The notes beneath the pieces were generated by a model that was not told the DNA's origin, did not search any database, and saw nothing but the letters and a program-made list of their open reading frames with translations. A stretch of DNA of 64,000 bases from Prochlorococcus sp. HOT208_60m_813I02 (GTDB taxonomy: Bacteria > Cyanobacteriota > Cyanobacteriia > PCC-6307 > Cyanobiaceae): the NCBI GenBank assembly GCA_002025865.1, contig MWOR01000207.1, positions 6,106 to 70,105 of the forward strand, given 5' to 3'. A program made the translations under genes and the position numbers. Below are positions 20,937-30,570 of the stretch, piece after piece. Each line of letters opens with the position of its first letter. Position 1 is the stretch's first letter.

Positions 20937-22313
20937 TTAGATAATATTTTCTATCGCTTCTTTAAACTCACTTCTTTGTTTAACACCTTGCCATTGTTTT
21001 TTTAATAATTTTTCTTTAAAAAGTTGAACTGTTGGTGTGCCGTTAATACCAGCTTGTTTTGCAATATCTTGATCTTTGTCAATATCTATTTCAACGCCAA
21101 GAACTGCACCATCAAGTTCTTTAATTACCCTTTTTAACTGAGGTTTCAAAACATGACATGGGCCGCAGCTTGGGGAACTAAAAATCACTAAGATAGGTTT
21201 TTTACTTTCGTGATAAAGTTTCCTCAATGCATAACTGCCTTTTTGCCATTCAGAATTTGAATCGAAAGTATCTTCATTGACTTCTTCTTCATTAAAATCT
21301 GATGAATTAAGTTTTTTTTCTGGTTCGGGAGTTTCTCTGACTATAGTTTTTGCTAAGTTTTTCTCGGCTAACCATCTTTCAGTAGCTAATGCTGCCATGC
21401 ATCCAGTTCCTGCAGCGGTAACTCCTTGTCTCCACTCAGAATCAACAACATCACCTGCTGCGAAGATGCCTTCAATAGATGTTTCTGGTCTTCCTGATTT
21501 GCAAGCAATATAGCCTTTATTATCTAAATCAATTTTGTTGCCTAAGAACTTCGTATTAGGTGTGTGTCCTATCGCATAAAAAAGACCCTTTATATTGATT
21601 TCCCCTTTACCTTCTTGAGAGTGAATAGTTTCTATTCTCTCAAGCCATTCAGAACCATCCGCTTTATCAACTTTTGTGTTCCAATGAATTTCTATCTTTG
21701 GATTAGCTTTTACTCTATCAACCATTGCTGCGCTAGCCCTTAATTTTTCTGATCGAACAATCAAATGCACTTTGCTTCCATACTTTGTGAGATATGCTGC
21801 TTCTTCACATGCAGAGTCGCCCCCTCCAATAACAGCTAATTCTTCATCTCTAAATTGTGGGGTGGCTCCATCACATATTGCACAAGCACTTATTCCTTTA
21901 CTCCAGAATTTATCTTCATTTATTACTCCTAATCTATTTGCACTTGCTCCAGTTGCAATAATAATTGAGTTAGATTTAATAGTTCCTTCTAAAGTTTTTA
22001 ATTCAAAAGGATGTGAATCGGTATCAATAGAGACTACATCACTTTCGTATAAATTAGTGCCCCATCTTTCTGCTTGAGCCTTCATTAGATCCATCAACTC
22101 AGGACCAAGTACCCCATCTGGGAAACCTGGATAATTTTCAACAAATGTTGTAGTCATTAATTGCCCACCAGGAATGCCACCAGAATTAAATCCTGTTACA
22201 AGTAATGGTTGAAGATTTGCTCGCGCAGCATATATTGCAGCAGTGTAACCCGCAGGACCCGAACCTATAATTACAACATTTTCTATATTTGAGATCTTCT
22301 CTTTATTTTCCAT
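20937..22313 (-). CDS. trxB: NADPH thioredoxin reductase fused to a C-terminal thioredoxin domain (NTRC-type)
   Basis: GSGPAG, CAIC redox site, GGGDSA, plus a C-terminal CGPC thioredoxin domain. Confidence 0.93.
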   Translation of the reverse strand: MENKEKISNIENVVIIGSGPAGYTAAIYAARANLQPLLVTGFNSGGIPGGQLMTTTFVENYPGFPDGVLGPELMDLMKAQAERWGTNLYESDVVSIDTDSHPFELKTLEGTIKSNSIIIATGASANRLGVINEDKFWSKGISACAICDGATPQFRDEELAVIGGGDSACEEAAYLTKYGSKVHLIVRSEKLRASAAMVDRVKANPKIEIHWNTKVDKADGSEWLERIETIHSQEGKGEINIKGLFYAIGHTPNTKFLGNKIDLDNKGYIACKSGRPETSIEGIFAAGDVVDSEWRQGVTAAGTGCMAALATERWLAEKNLAKTIVRETPEPEKKLNSSDFNEEEVNEDTFDSNSEWQKGSYALRKLYHESKKPILVIFSSPSCGPCHVLKPQLKRVIKELDGAVLGVEIDIDKDQDIAKQAGINGTPTVQLFKEKLLKKQWQGVKQRSEFKEAIENII

Positions 22314-22392
22314 TTATTTACTAATTTCACTATTCATAATAGTAAACAAACCCAAATAATGTCGGGCGGATTTCACTCGAAAGATTTGTTAC

Positions 22393-22617
22393 TCAATCGT
22401 TGACTTTTTGGTCAAAAAACTTTTTTAATTCCTTTGGGAAGTTTAAAACAGAATCTTTTAAATTTTCGTTCTTTTCTCCAATGTGTAATATCCACTCTCT
22501 AAATTCTTCTGCGATTGCATAACTGTCTTCATACCTTTCTAAAGTATCCATTGCAGAAATTCTGTTGGTAGCCCAACAAGTCGCTATGTCGATCCTTTTT
22601 CTTATGAAATTGTCCAT
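22393..22617 (-). CDS. Conserved hypothetical protein
   Basis: Likely start MDNFIRKRID; YEDSYAIAEEFREW. Confidence 0.7.
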   Translation of the reverse strand: MDNFIRKRIDIATCWATNRISAMDTLERYEDSYAIAEEFREWILHIGEKNENLKDSVLNFPKELKKFFDQKVND

Positions 22618-22771
22618 TGAATGTTTTAAGTTGTATATAGATAAACACACCAGATAGCCTAAGTATTGTCTAATAAGTTACAACTTTGTACTTCCAAACA
22701 ATAATTTAATCTTTAGTTTATATTTGAGCCAATTTTTAGATGAATTATAAAGAAAATATAAAGAAATAGAG

Positions 22772-23350
22772 TTATACTGCCTCGCTGTGATTTGCAAGTA
22801 ACCTTTCAACTTCATCAAAACCCTCTTTAGCTGAATTTATTGCAAGTTCCTCGCTAACTTTTTCTTCTGATATTAATTTTGCGGATATTTTCTTTAAAAG
22901 AGTTTCTTTCTTTTCTCTTAGTGAACTAACAATTTCTTCTTCAATGATAGATTTAATTGCTTTAGAAATTATTTTTTTGTCATTTGCTTCCTCGAATGTG
23001 CCCTGAACTAATTCTTGAATAAATAATCGATGAACCTCACTACTCCTTAGAAAGCTTTCTGTGGCATTAATAATTCCTTCAACAAGAGCTTCATCAGGTT
23101 CAGAATCATTTTCTGCAAGCTTAAATTCCCAATCTAAATGTCTTCTTTGCCATCCTGCCGAGTGAAGACTGGGCATGACTGTCTGTGAATAAGTATCAAC
23201 TGACATTTCATAAATTCTCTCTGCTAATTTCTCACACCAGTCTTTACCATGTTTTTCTAGATTTTTCTGCATAGCTTGCCTTGGAACAGCATGACCACCA
23301 TGATGACTGTGGCAAACACCATCAGGACATTCGATTGCTTTTATACTCAT
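22772..23350 (-). CDS. Conserved picocyanobacterial hypothetical protein with N-terminal Cys/His cluster
   Basis: Likely start MSIKAIECPDGVCHSHHGGH. Confidence 0.75.
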   Translation of the reverse strand: MSIKAIECPDGVCHSHHGGHAVPRQAMQKNLEKHGKDWCEKLAERIYEMSVDTYSQTVMPSLHSAGWQRRHLDWEFKLAENDSEPDEALVEGIINATESFLRSSEVHRLFIQELVQGTFEEANDKKIISKAIKSIIEEEIVSSLREKKETLLKKISAKLISEEKVSEELAINSAKEGFDEVERLLANHSEAV

Positions 23351-23477
23351 TGGATTGTTTAGCACTTATATATTCTAGATAGCTATTTTTTATAGAAAAG
23401 AAAATATATTTTTAACAAAAATCCAAGACTTTTGACTTTCTTCAATTTATATTTAGTATGTTAAAAAAATAAATAAA

Positions 23478-24608
23478 TTGACAAAGATACTTATTCCTTC
23501 CGAAACAAGCTCTGGTGAAAGGAGAGTTTCAGCTACTCCAGAAGCGGTAAAGAAATTAAAAAGCCTTGGATGTGATGTTTATATTGAAAGTTCAGCAGGA
23601 AAATTATCAGGATTTAGTGACTTATCATATGAAGAATCCGGCGGAACAATAATAAATAACTTTGATCAAAAAATTTGGGGTGAAGCGGACTTAATATTTT
23701 GTGTTCAAACTCCATCAGAGGATAATTTAACTAAATTAAAGAAAGGTGCTGTTCTTCTTGGTCTTCTTAACCCATATGGTAATAAGGAGCTTCTTAGGAT
23801 TATAAATAGTAATAAGATTTCAGCTCTATCACTAGAGTTGCTTCCGAGGATAAGTAGAGCTCAATCTTCTGATGTTCTTTCTTCACAGGCCAATATTGCT
23901 GGATATAAAGCAGTTCTTTTAGCTGCAAGTGAGTTAGATAGATATTTCCCAATGCTTATGACTGCAGCAGGGACAGTCCAACCTGCCAAAGTAGTGGTGC
24001 TTGGTGGAGGCGTTGCAGGATTACAAGCAGTCGCGACAGCAAAAAGGCTTGGAGCAATAGTATTTGTATCTGATATTAGACCTGCTGTTAAAGAACAAGT
24101 GGAGTCCCTCGGAGCAAGATTTATAGAACTTCCTGAAGTTGAGGATAAGCCAGGAGAGGCAGGAGGTTATGCAAAGGCTGTAACACCCGAATTCCTCTCA
24201 AAACAGAAGACAACATTAACTAAATATTTATCTGAAGCTGATGTTGCTATATGTACTGCGCAAGTTCTAGGTAAAAAGGCCCCTGTTTTAATAGACTCTC
24301 CCATGATTGAAAAAATGAGGTCTGGTGCAGTAGTTATTGATTTAGCAGTTTCTCAGGGAGGGAACTGCGAAGGAACAAAATCAAATGAAACTATTATCAA
24401 AGATGGGGTAAAACTTATAGGAGCGGGCGAATTACCCTCTTCAGTTCCTTATGATGCAAGTTCGCTTTATGCTAAGAACTTAACATCTTTGATTACACCA
24501 TTTATAAAAGATGGTCTAATTAAATTAGATAAAGAGGATGAACTCATTTCTGGATGTTTATTAAGTGATGAAGGAGTTGTTCTTCAAAATAAAGTTTTTG
24601 AAAATTGA
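23478..24608 (+). CDS. pntA: NAD(P) transhydrogenase alpha subunit part 1
   Basis: ERRVSATP, PRISRAQSSDVLSSQANIAGY, GGGVAGL. Confidence 0.96.
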   Translation: MTKILIPSETSSGERRVSATPEAVKKLKSLGCDVYIESSAGKLSGFSDLSYEESGGTIINNFDQKIWGEADLIFCVQTPSEDNLTKLKKGAVLLGLLNPYGNKELLRIINSNKISALSLELLPRISRAQSSDVLSSQANIAGYKAVLLAASELDRYFPMLMTAAGTVQPAKVVVLGGGVAGLQAVATAKRLGAIVFVSDIRPAVKEQVESLGARFIELPEVEDKPGEAGGYAKAVTPEFLSKQKTTLTKYLSEADVAICTAQVLGKKAPVLIDSPMIEKMRSGAVVIDLAVSQGGNCEGTKSNETIIKDGVKLIGAGELPSSVPYDASSLYAKNLTSLITPFIKDGLIKLDKEDELISGCLLSDEGVVLQNKVFEN

Positions 24609-24620
24609 GGTTTTAAAATT

Positions 24621-24914
24621 ATGTCTTTTATAAGTCTTCTTTGGGTTCTTTTACTTGGTAGTTTATTAGGCCTCGAGTTAATTGGAAAAGTTCCTCCTAC
24701 TCTTCACACACCTCTTATGAGTGGAGCAAATGCAATTTCAGGAATAACAATGCTTGCTGCATTGACTTTAATTGTAAAAGCAGAAGGTAACGTACCACTT
24801 TTAATCATTGGTTCAGTTTCTCTTGGATTTGCTCTTTTCAATGTTGTAGGAGGTTTCTTTGTAACTGATCGAATGCTCGCGATGTTTAGTCGTAAACCAT
24901 CAAATAAGAAGTAA
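24621..24914 (+). CDS. pntA: NAD(P) transhydrogenase alpha subunit part 2
   Basis: LHTPLMSGANAISG, GGFFVTDRMLAMF. Confidence 0.95.
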   Translation: MSFISLLWVLLLGSLLGLELIGKVPPTLHTPLMSGANAISGITMLAALTLIVKAEGNVPLLIIGSVSLGFALFNVVGGFFVTDRMLAMFSRKPSNKK

Positions 24915-24922
24915 TTTTTAAC

Positions 24923-26362
24923 ATGAATCTACCTGTAATCATTAAATTCGTTATTGACCTTCTAGCAGTACTTTTACTGGCTTTGGGAATAAAAGGATTG
25001 TCAAAAGTAAAATCAGCAAGAGATGCTAATAGATTAGCTGCATTTGCAATGTCGCTATCAGTAGTAGGATTACTTTCTTATTATTTAGGTACTTCTGGAA
25101 TTGCTATTCAGTCTTGGATTTGGATAATAATTGGATCAATCATAGGTAGTTTATTCGGAGCAGTACTTGCAAAAAAAGTACCTATGACCTCAATGCCTGA
25201 AACAGTTGCATTATTCAATGGTTGTGGAGGAATGTCATCACTTTTAGTAGCCTTAGGAGTAGCTATTTTTCCTATATCTAGTGGCCAAGAAAATTTTGAT
25301 TTTTTTAAGTCACTGATTAACGAAGTTTCAATATCTGTTTCTATATTTGTTGGTGCCATAACTTTCACAGGTTCAATTGTGGCGATGGCAAAGTTACAGG
25401 GTTGGTTGTCAACTCCAGGATGGACGCAGAGTAAAGTTAGACATTTTGTAAATATTGTTTTTGCAATTGCTTCCTTGATAGCCTTTTTTGATTTGATAAA
25501 CGGCAATACAAGTTCTATTTGGCTTTTAGTTATAGTTTCTTCTTTATTAGGTATTGGAGTTACTTTGCCAATTGGTGGAGCTGATATGCCAGTCGTTATA
25601 TCTTTATTAAATAGCTATTCAGGGATTGCGGCAGCAGCAGCAGGTTTTGTTGTAGATAGTCAGCTTTTGATAGTAGCAGGCGCAATGGTTGGAGCTGCAG
25701 GTCTAATACTTACTCAAGTAATGTGCAAGGGTATGAACAGATCATTGGTCTCAGTTCTTTTTGGGGGATCTTTATCTGCACAAAGTACAGCCTCTTCTGG
25801 TTCAGGAGAATATACAAACATAACTTCTTGCAGTGTAGAAGAATGCGCATTGACTTTAGAGGCAGCCAACAAAGTAATTATTGTTCCTGGTTATGGCTTG
25901 GCAGTAGCTCAAGCTCAACATACTTTAAGGGAAGTGACAAAAAAACTAGAGCAAAATGGTATTGAAGTTGTTTACGCAATTCATCCTGTAGCAGGGAGGA
26001 TGCCTGGACATATGAATGTACTTTTAGCAGAAGCAGATGTTCCTTACGAACAACTTAAAGAGATGGACGTTGTAAATCCTGATTTTCCAGCAACGGATGT
26101 TGTTTTAGTTTTAGGAGCAAATGATGTTGTTAATCCTCAAGCTAAAAATGATAGTTCTTCACCTTTATATGGCATGCCAGTTCTTGATGTGCAGGAAGCA
26201 AGAACGGTATTTGTAATTAAACGTGGTATGAGTGCAGGTTACTCAGGAATAAAAAATGATTTATTTGATCTGCCAAATACCTCAATGGTCTTTGGTGATG
26301 CAAAAAAGGTACTGAATGATTTGATTGGAGAATTAAAGGATCTTGGAGTTGGGGAGAAATAA
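24923..26362 (+). CDS. pntB: NAD(P) transhydrogenase beta subunit
   Basis: IGGADMPVVISLLNSYSG, HPVAGRMPGHMNVLLAEA. Confidence 0.97.
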   Translation: MNLPVIIKFVIDLLAVLLLALGIKGLSKVKSARDANRLAAFAMSLSVVGLLSYYLGTSGIAIQSWIWIIIGSIIGSLFGAVLAKKVPMTSMPETVALFNGCGGMSSLLVALGVAIFPISSGQENFDFFKSLINEVSISVSIFVGAITFTGSIVAMAKLQGWLSTPGWTQSKVRHFVNIVFAIASLIAFFDLINGNTSSIWLLVIVSSLLGIGVTLPIGGADMPVVISLLNSYSGIAAAAAGFVVDSQLLIVAGAMVGAAGLILTQVMCKGMNRSLVSVLFGGSLSAQSTASSGSGEYTNITSCSVEECALTLEAANKVIIVPGYGLAVAQAQHTLREVTKKLEQNGIEVVYAIHPVAGRMPGHMNVLLAEADVPYEQLKEMDVVNPDFPATDVVLVLGANDVVNPQAKNDSSSPLYGMPVLDVQEARTVFVIKRGMSAGYSGIKNDLFDLPNTSMVFGDAKKVLNDLIGELKDLGVGEK

Positions 26363-27431
26363 TAGTATATTTTTTAGTTTTTCAGATTACGTTAAAAATA
26401 AGCCATTTCGAGAAGTCTTACCTTGGATAGGTGGCGACTTACAAACTTTGCGAGATACTTTTGTTATTGATTTTGGTAAATCAAAAAAAAATAAAAAAAT
26501 ATTCTTTCCGATTAATAAAATTCTTTCTAAAAAATTTGCATATGATTATCTTTTAGGTTTTTTAGAATTACCTGAAAACTTAAACTCACTTAGGGGTTTT
26601 GTAATCGTTACACATGGTTTAGGGGGCTCAACTAAACGGTTTGGTTTAAGAAGAATATCTAGGAAATTAGCAAATAATGGTTTTGGAGTTCTTAAATTAA
26701 ATCTAAGAGGATCTGGATCAGCGAGATATTTAGCTAAAGGAAATTATTGTGCTAGATGCTCCAGTGATGTTATTTCAGCAATTAATTATTTTAAAAAATT
26801 CATTAATTTAGAGTTCAAAGATCTTATAAAAAGAAATAATAATCTTCCAATTTACGGAGTTGGATTATCTTTAGGCGGAACAATTCTTTTAAATGCCTGC
26901 CTAGATTACGATGAAAACAAAGGAGAAAAACTTTTAGATGGCCTTGCCTGCGTGAGTACCCCTTTAGATTTATCTTCATGCAGTCTCTGTATTGAAAAAC
27001 CTAGAAATTCTATCTACCAAAAATGGTTACTTCACCGCTTAAAAAATCAGTTATGGGAGGGATTTAATGATGAAGGCAAACTACTTGATAACGAGAAATT
27101 AAGAATAAAAATTAGAAATTTAAAAAGTATAAGAGAATTTGATCAGAAATTTACTGCTCCTAGTTGGGGATTTAGTTCTTTAGAGGATTATTATATTAAA
27201 GCTTCTCCAATATTTAGAATCCAAAACTCAATAAAAAAATTACCTCCAATGCTTTTTATTCATGCCAAGGATGATCCTTGGGTTCCATACAATGCAACTT
27301 TGAATTTAAGAGGGAAATTTATTGATAAATTTACTATTTTCATAACTGAAAAAGGAGGTCATAATGGTTTTCACTCTATTAATGGCTGCTGGTCAGACGA
27401 ACTAGTAAAGAACTGGTTTATTAGTATCTAG
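26343..27431 (+). CDS. YheT-family alpha/beta hydrolase
   Basis: GGDLQT, HGLGGS, GLSLGG, DDPWV, GGHNGF. Confidence 0.85.
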   Translation: MELGRNNSIFFSFSDYVKNKPFREVLPWIGGDLQTLRDTFVIDFGKSKKNKKIFFPINKILSKKFAYDYLLGFLELPENLNSLRGFVIVTHGLGGSTKRFGLRRISRKLANNGFGVLKLNLRGSGSARYLAKGNYCARCSSDVISAINYFKKFINLEFKDLIKRNNNLPIYGVGLSLGGTILLNACLDYDENKGEKLLDGLACVSTPLDLSSCSLCIEKPRNSIYQKWLLHRLKNQLWEGFNDEGKLLDNEKLRIKIRNLKSIREFDQKFTAPSWGFSSLEDYYIKASPIFRIQNSIKKLPPMLFIHAKDDPWVPYNATLNLRGKFIDKFTIFITEKGGHNGFHSINGCWSDELVKNWFISI

Positions 27432-27762
27432 GACTATTTAAGAATGGTGTTTTTTTAAAAATCCATTTTTCTATTGGCTTACCGTTAATAATATGAGAGG
27501 TAAAAATTTCTGACATTTTTTCTGGAGAAACTTTCTCGTACCAAATACCATCAGGCCACACAAGAAGAATTGGGCCGTTCTTACATATCCTTAAACAGTC
27601 AGCTTTTGATCTTAATATATGCACGTTTTTTGTACAGGGATCATTCTCAAATTTTTTTAAAGTCTTTTTCAGGCAGTCCCATGTTTTTTGACCTTCATTG
27701 CCTTTAAAGCATTTCTGTTTTGTGGGAGTTGCGCATAGTAGAAGATGTTTTTTTATATTCAC
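27421..27762 (-). CDS. Thioredoxin-like (2Fe-2S) ferredoxin
   Basis: HLLLC...C, CLRICKNGP..VWPDGIWY. Confidence 0.87.
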   Translation of the reverse strand: MNIKKHLLLCATPTKQKCFKGNEGQKTWDCLKKTLKKFENDPCTKNVHILRSKADCLRICKNGPILLVWPDGIWYEKVSPEKMSEIFTSHIINGKPIEKWIFKKTPFLNSPRY

Positions 27763-27764
27763 TT

Positions 27765-28994
27765 TTATCCAATACTTAGGTATTTTTTCCCTTTTTTAAT
27801 TTCTTGCTCAACAAAAAGCCTGGCCCAATTGTCTACTTCAAGAATATCCTCCAATTCGGGAATTAAATTCAAATTCTCCATATGTGATTCACAAGCTTTA
27901 CTTATAAATGTTGGAATTTCTTGAAAAGAAATTTTTTCTTTAAGGAACTGTTCAACAGCCATTTCATTAGCAGCATTTAAGACTGCAGGCATAGTCCCAG
28001 AAGATTTTCCTGCGGCATAGGCAAGTCCCATGCAAGGATATTTAAACTCGTCTGGCTCTTTAAAAGTTAATTTTCCAATTTCACTTAGGTTTAATCTTTT
28101 CCAATTTGTTTTAAATCTTTCAGGCCAACTCATCGCATATAAAATGGGTAACTTCATATCTGGCCAACCTAATTGAGCTAATACTGAAGAATCTTCCATC
28201 TCAATCATTGAATGAATAATACTTTGAGGGTGGATAACTATTTCGATATTTTCGTAAGAGGTCCCAAATAAATAATGAGCTTCTATGACTTCTAATCCTT
28301 TATTCATAAGAGTTGCAGAATCTACAGTTATTTTTTTTCCCATATCCCAATTAGGATGTGAAGTTGCATCTTCCACTGTGACATGCTTTAAATCCTCAAC
28401 TGCCCAATCTCTGAAAGCACCTCCAGAAGCTGTTAAGTGTATAGCTTTTAAACCCTTAGGCATCTCTCCTGTTGAAAAATCTGCATTTTCATAATTAGGT
28501 AATCCTTGTAAACATTGAAAGATAGCAGAGTGTTCTGAATCAGCAGGTAAAAGCCTACTATTATTTTTCTTTAATGCAGGAATAACAATTGGTCCTGCGG
28601 CAATTAAAGTTTCTTTATTAGCAAGTGCAATATTTTTCCCTGCATTAATTGCTGACATTGTTGGAATTAAGCCTGCACAGCCTACTATCCCTGTTACCGC
28701 AGTATCTGCCTTATCCCATGCTGCAACTGCGTTAATCCCCTCCTTTCCACCCAAAACCAAGGGAGCACTATCCAAATCTAAGTTATTAATATTTTCTTTT
28801 AAATCTTCTATAAGATTCTCATCCTCAATTGCAACTACTTCTGGTTTATGCGTTTTAACTTGTTCAGTTAATAAATTAATATTTCTTCCAGCAGAAAGAG
28901 CTACGGCTTTAAATTTATCAGGCTGCTCACTAGCTATCTCGAGAGTTTGAGTCCCTATTGAACCAGTAGAACCGAGCACAGTAATGTATTTCAA
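27765..28994 (-). CDS. dxr: 1-deoxy-D-xylulose-5-phosphate reductoisomerase
   Basis: [28 protein letters not shown]. Confidence 0.97.
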   Translation of the reverse strand: MKYITVLGSTGSIGTQTLEIASEQPDKFKAVALSAGRNINLLTEQVKTHKPEVVAIEDENLIEDLKENINNLDLDSAPLVLGGKEGINAVAAWDKADTAVTGIVGCAGLIPTMSAINAGKNIALANKETLIAAGPIVIPALKKNNSRLLPADSEHSAIFQCLQGLPNYENADFSTGEMPKGLKAIHLTASGGAFRDWAVEDLKHVTVEDATSHPNWDMGKKITVDSATLMNKGLEVIEAHYLFGTSYENIEIVIHPQSIIHSMIEMEDSSVLAQLGWPDMKLPILYAMSWPERFKTNWKRLNLSEIGKLTFKEPDEFKYPCMGLAYAAGKSSGTMPAVLNAANEMAVEQFLKEKISFQEIPTFISKACESHMENLNLIPELEDILEVDNWARLFVEQEIKKGKKYLSIG

Positions 28995-29076
28995 TTTCCT
29001 CTGATATTTCTAATATCTTCCCATTTAAAGGTGTATTTAAAAAACAAAAATTTCAAATTGGTTTTTTTCTTAAAAT

Positions 29077-30546
29077 TTAGACCCTTATCCATGTTGTTAT
29101 TTCCTTTGATTGATCAATAAGTTCAATACCTTTTTCTTTTAACAAATTCCTGATTTCATCAGCCTTCGCATAATTCTTTTCCTTTTTTGCTTTCAATCTT
29201 TTATTAATAAGCGATGATATTTCTTCTTCTGTTATTTTACTTTCTTTTACTAAAACCTCTTTTTTAAGACCAAGTACCTCAGTCAAGTTTTCAAGAGTTT
29301 TGAAATTCTCAAGTAGAAAGAATTTTTCATTTAGATCTATTTTAAAACCTTCAACCCTTTGAAATTGGTTTAAAAAGTTTTTTAATGGTTTCGCTAAGTC
29401 GTAAATAATTGCAATAGCACCTGCTGTATTAAGGTCATTTCCCAGAGTCTCAGAAAATTTAAGCTTTTTTATAGATAATTCAAAACTTATTTTTTCTTTA
29501 TATTCATCTTCGATAGATTCATTTTTATCAATAGACCTGAAAGCATCTTTTGTAAGGTCCATAAAAGAAAGGGCTACATTAATATTTTTCCAAGCTTCTG
29601 AAGCACTCCTTAAAGCTTCTTCAGTAAAATCAAGTGGTTTTCTATAATTCACGGTCATAACAAAATATCGCAAAGTCATAGGGCTTATACCTGACTTAAT
29701 TAGCTCTCTGATAGTTTTAAAATTTTTAAGGGATTTACTCATCTTTTGTCCATTTACATTCACCATCCCATTGTGTAACCAATAGTTCGCTAGCTTTTTG
29801 CCATTGGCTGCTTCTGATTGGGCGATTTCATTCTCATGATGTGGAAAAATCAAATCAGAACCACCTAAATGGATATCAATAGTATCTCCTAATTCATCTT
29901 TTACCATCGCCGAACATTCAATATGCCATCCTGGTCTACCTTTACCCCATGGTGAATCAAAAAATGGTTCATCATCTTTGGCTTTTTTCCATAGTGCAAA
30001 ATCTTGAGGATTAAGTTTTTTACTATTTTCATCATTAGCCATTCTTCCTTGCTGATTGATATTTTGTTCTTGTATATTTTGATTACTTAGCTTTCCATAA
30101 TTTTTATTTTTAAAAACAGAATAATAAACATCTCCATCCCTAGAGTATGCATAACCTTTGTCCTCAAGGATTGTTATGAAGGAGCAGATATTGCATATAT
30201 GATTCGTTGCTCTTGGCATGCTATCCGGACGCATTATTCCTAAAGAATCCATATCTTTATGAAATTCAATTATATTTTTTTCAGATACTTCCTTCATTGA
30301 ACTGCTTTCTTCTTTAGCTCTTTTTAAGATCTTGTCATCAATATCTGTAAAATTTTGAACATACTTCACTTTGAAATCACTGTAAATTAAAAATCTTCTC
30401 AATACATCCCAAGCTATATAACTTCTGGCATGACCAAGATGACATAAATCATAAACAGTTACTCCACAACAATAAATTTTTACTACATCATCAATAGGCT
30501 TAAAAACCTCAACTCTTTTGGTTAAAGTATTAAAAAGTTTGATCAT
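29077..30546 (-). CDS. cysS: Cysteine--tRNA ligase
   Basis: HLGH, GRPGWHIECS, FPHHENE, KMSKS. Confidence 0.97.
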   Translation of the reverse strand: MIKLFNTLTKRVEVFKPIDDVVKIYCCGVTVYDLCHLGHARSYIAWDVLRRFLIYSDFKVKYVQNFTDIDDKILKRAKEESSSMKEVSEKNIIEFHKDMDSLGIMRPDSMPRATNHICNICSFITILEDKGYAYSRDGDVYYSVFKNKNYGKLSNQNIQEQNINQQGRMANDENSKKLNPQDFALWKKAKDDEPFFDSPWGKGRPGWHIECSAMVKDELGDTIDIHLGGSDLIFPHHENEIAQSEAANGKKLANYWLHNGMVNVNGQKMSKSLKNFKTIRELIKSGISPMTLRYFVMTVNYRKPLDFTEEALRSASEAWKNINVALSFMDLTKDAFRSIDKNESIEDEYKEKISFELSIKKLKFSETLGNDLNTAGAIAIIYDLAKPLKNFLNQFQRVEGFKIDLNEKFFLLENFKTLENLTEVLGLKKEVLVKESKITEEEISSLINKRLKAKKEKNYAKADEIRNLLKEKGIELIDQSKEITTWIRV

Positions 30547-30570
30547 CTTAAATTAAGTATTTCATAAGTT

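Noticed and set aside
20937-21260. Thioredoxin domain fused to thioredoxin reductase
   Set aside because: Established NTRC-type architecture in cyanobacteria.
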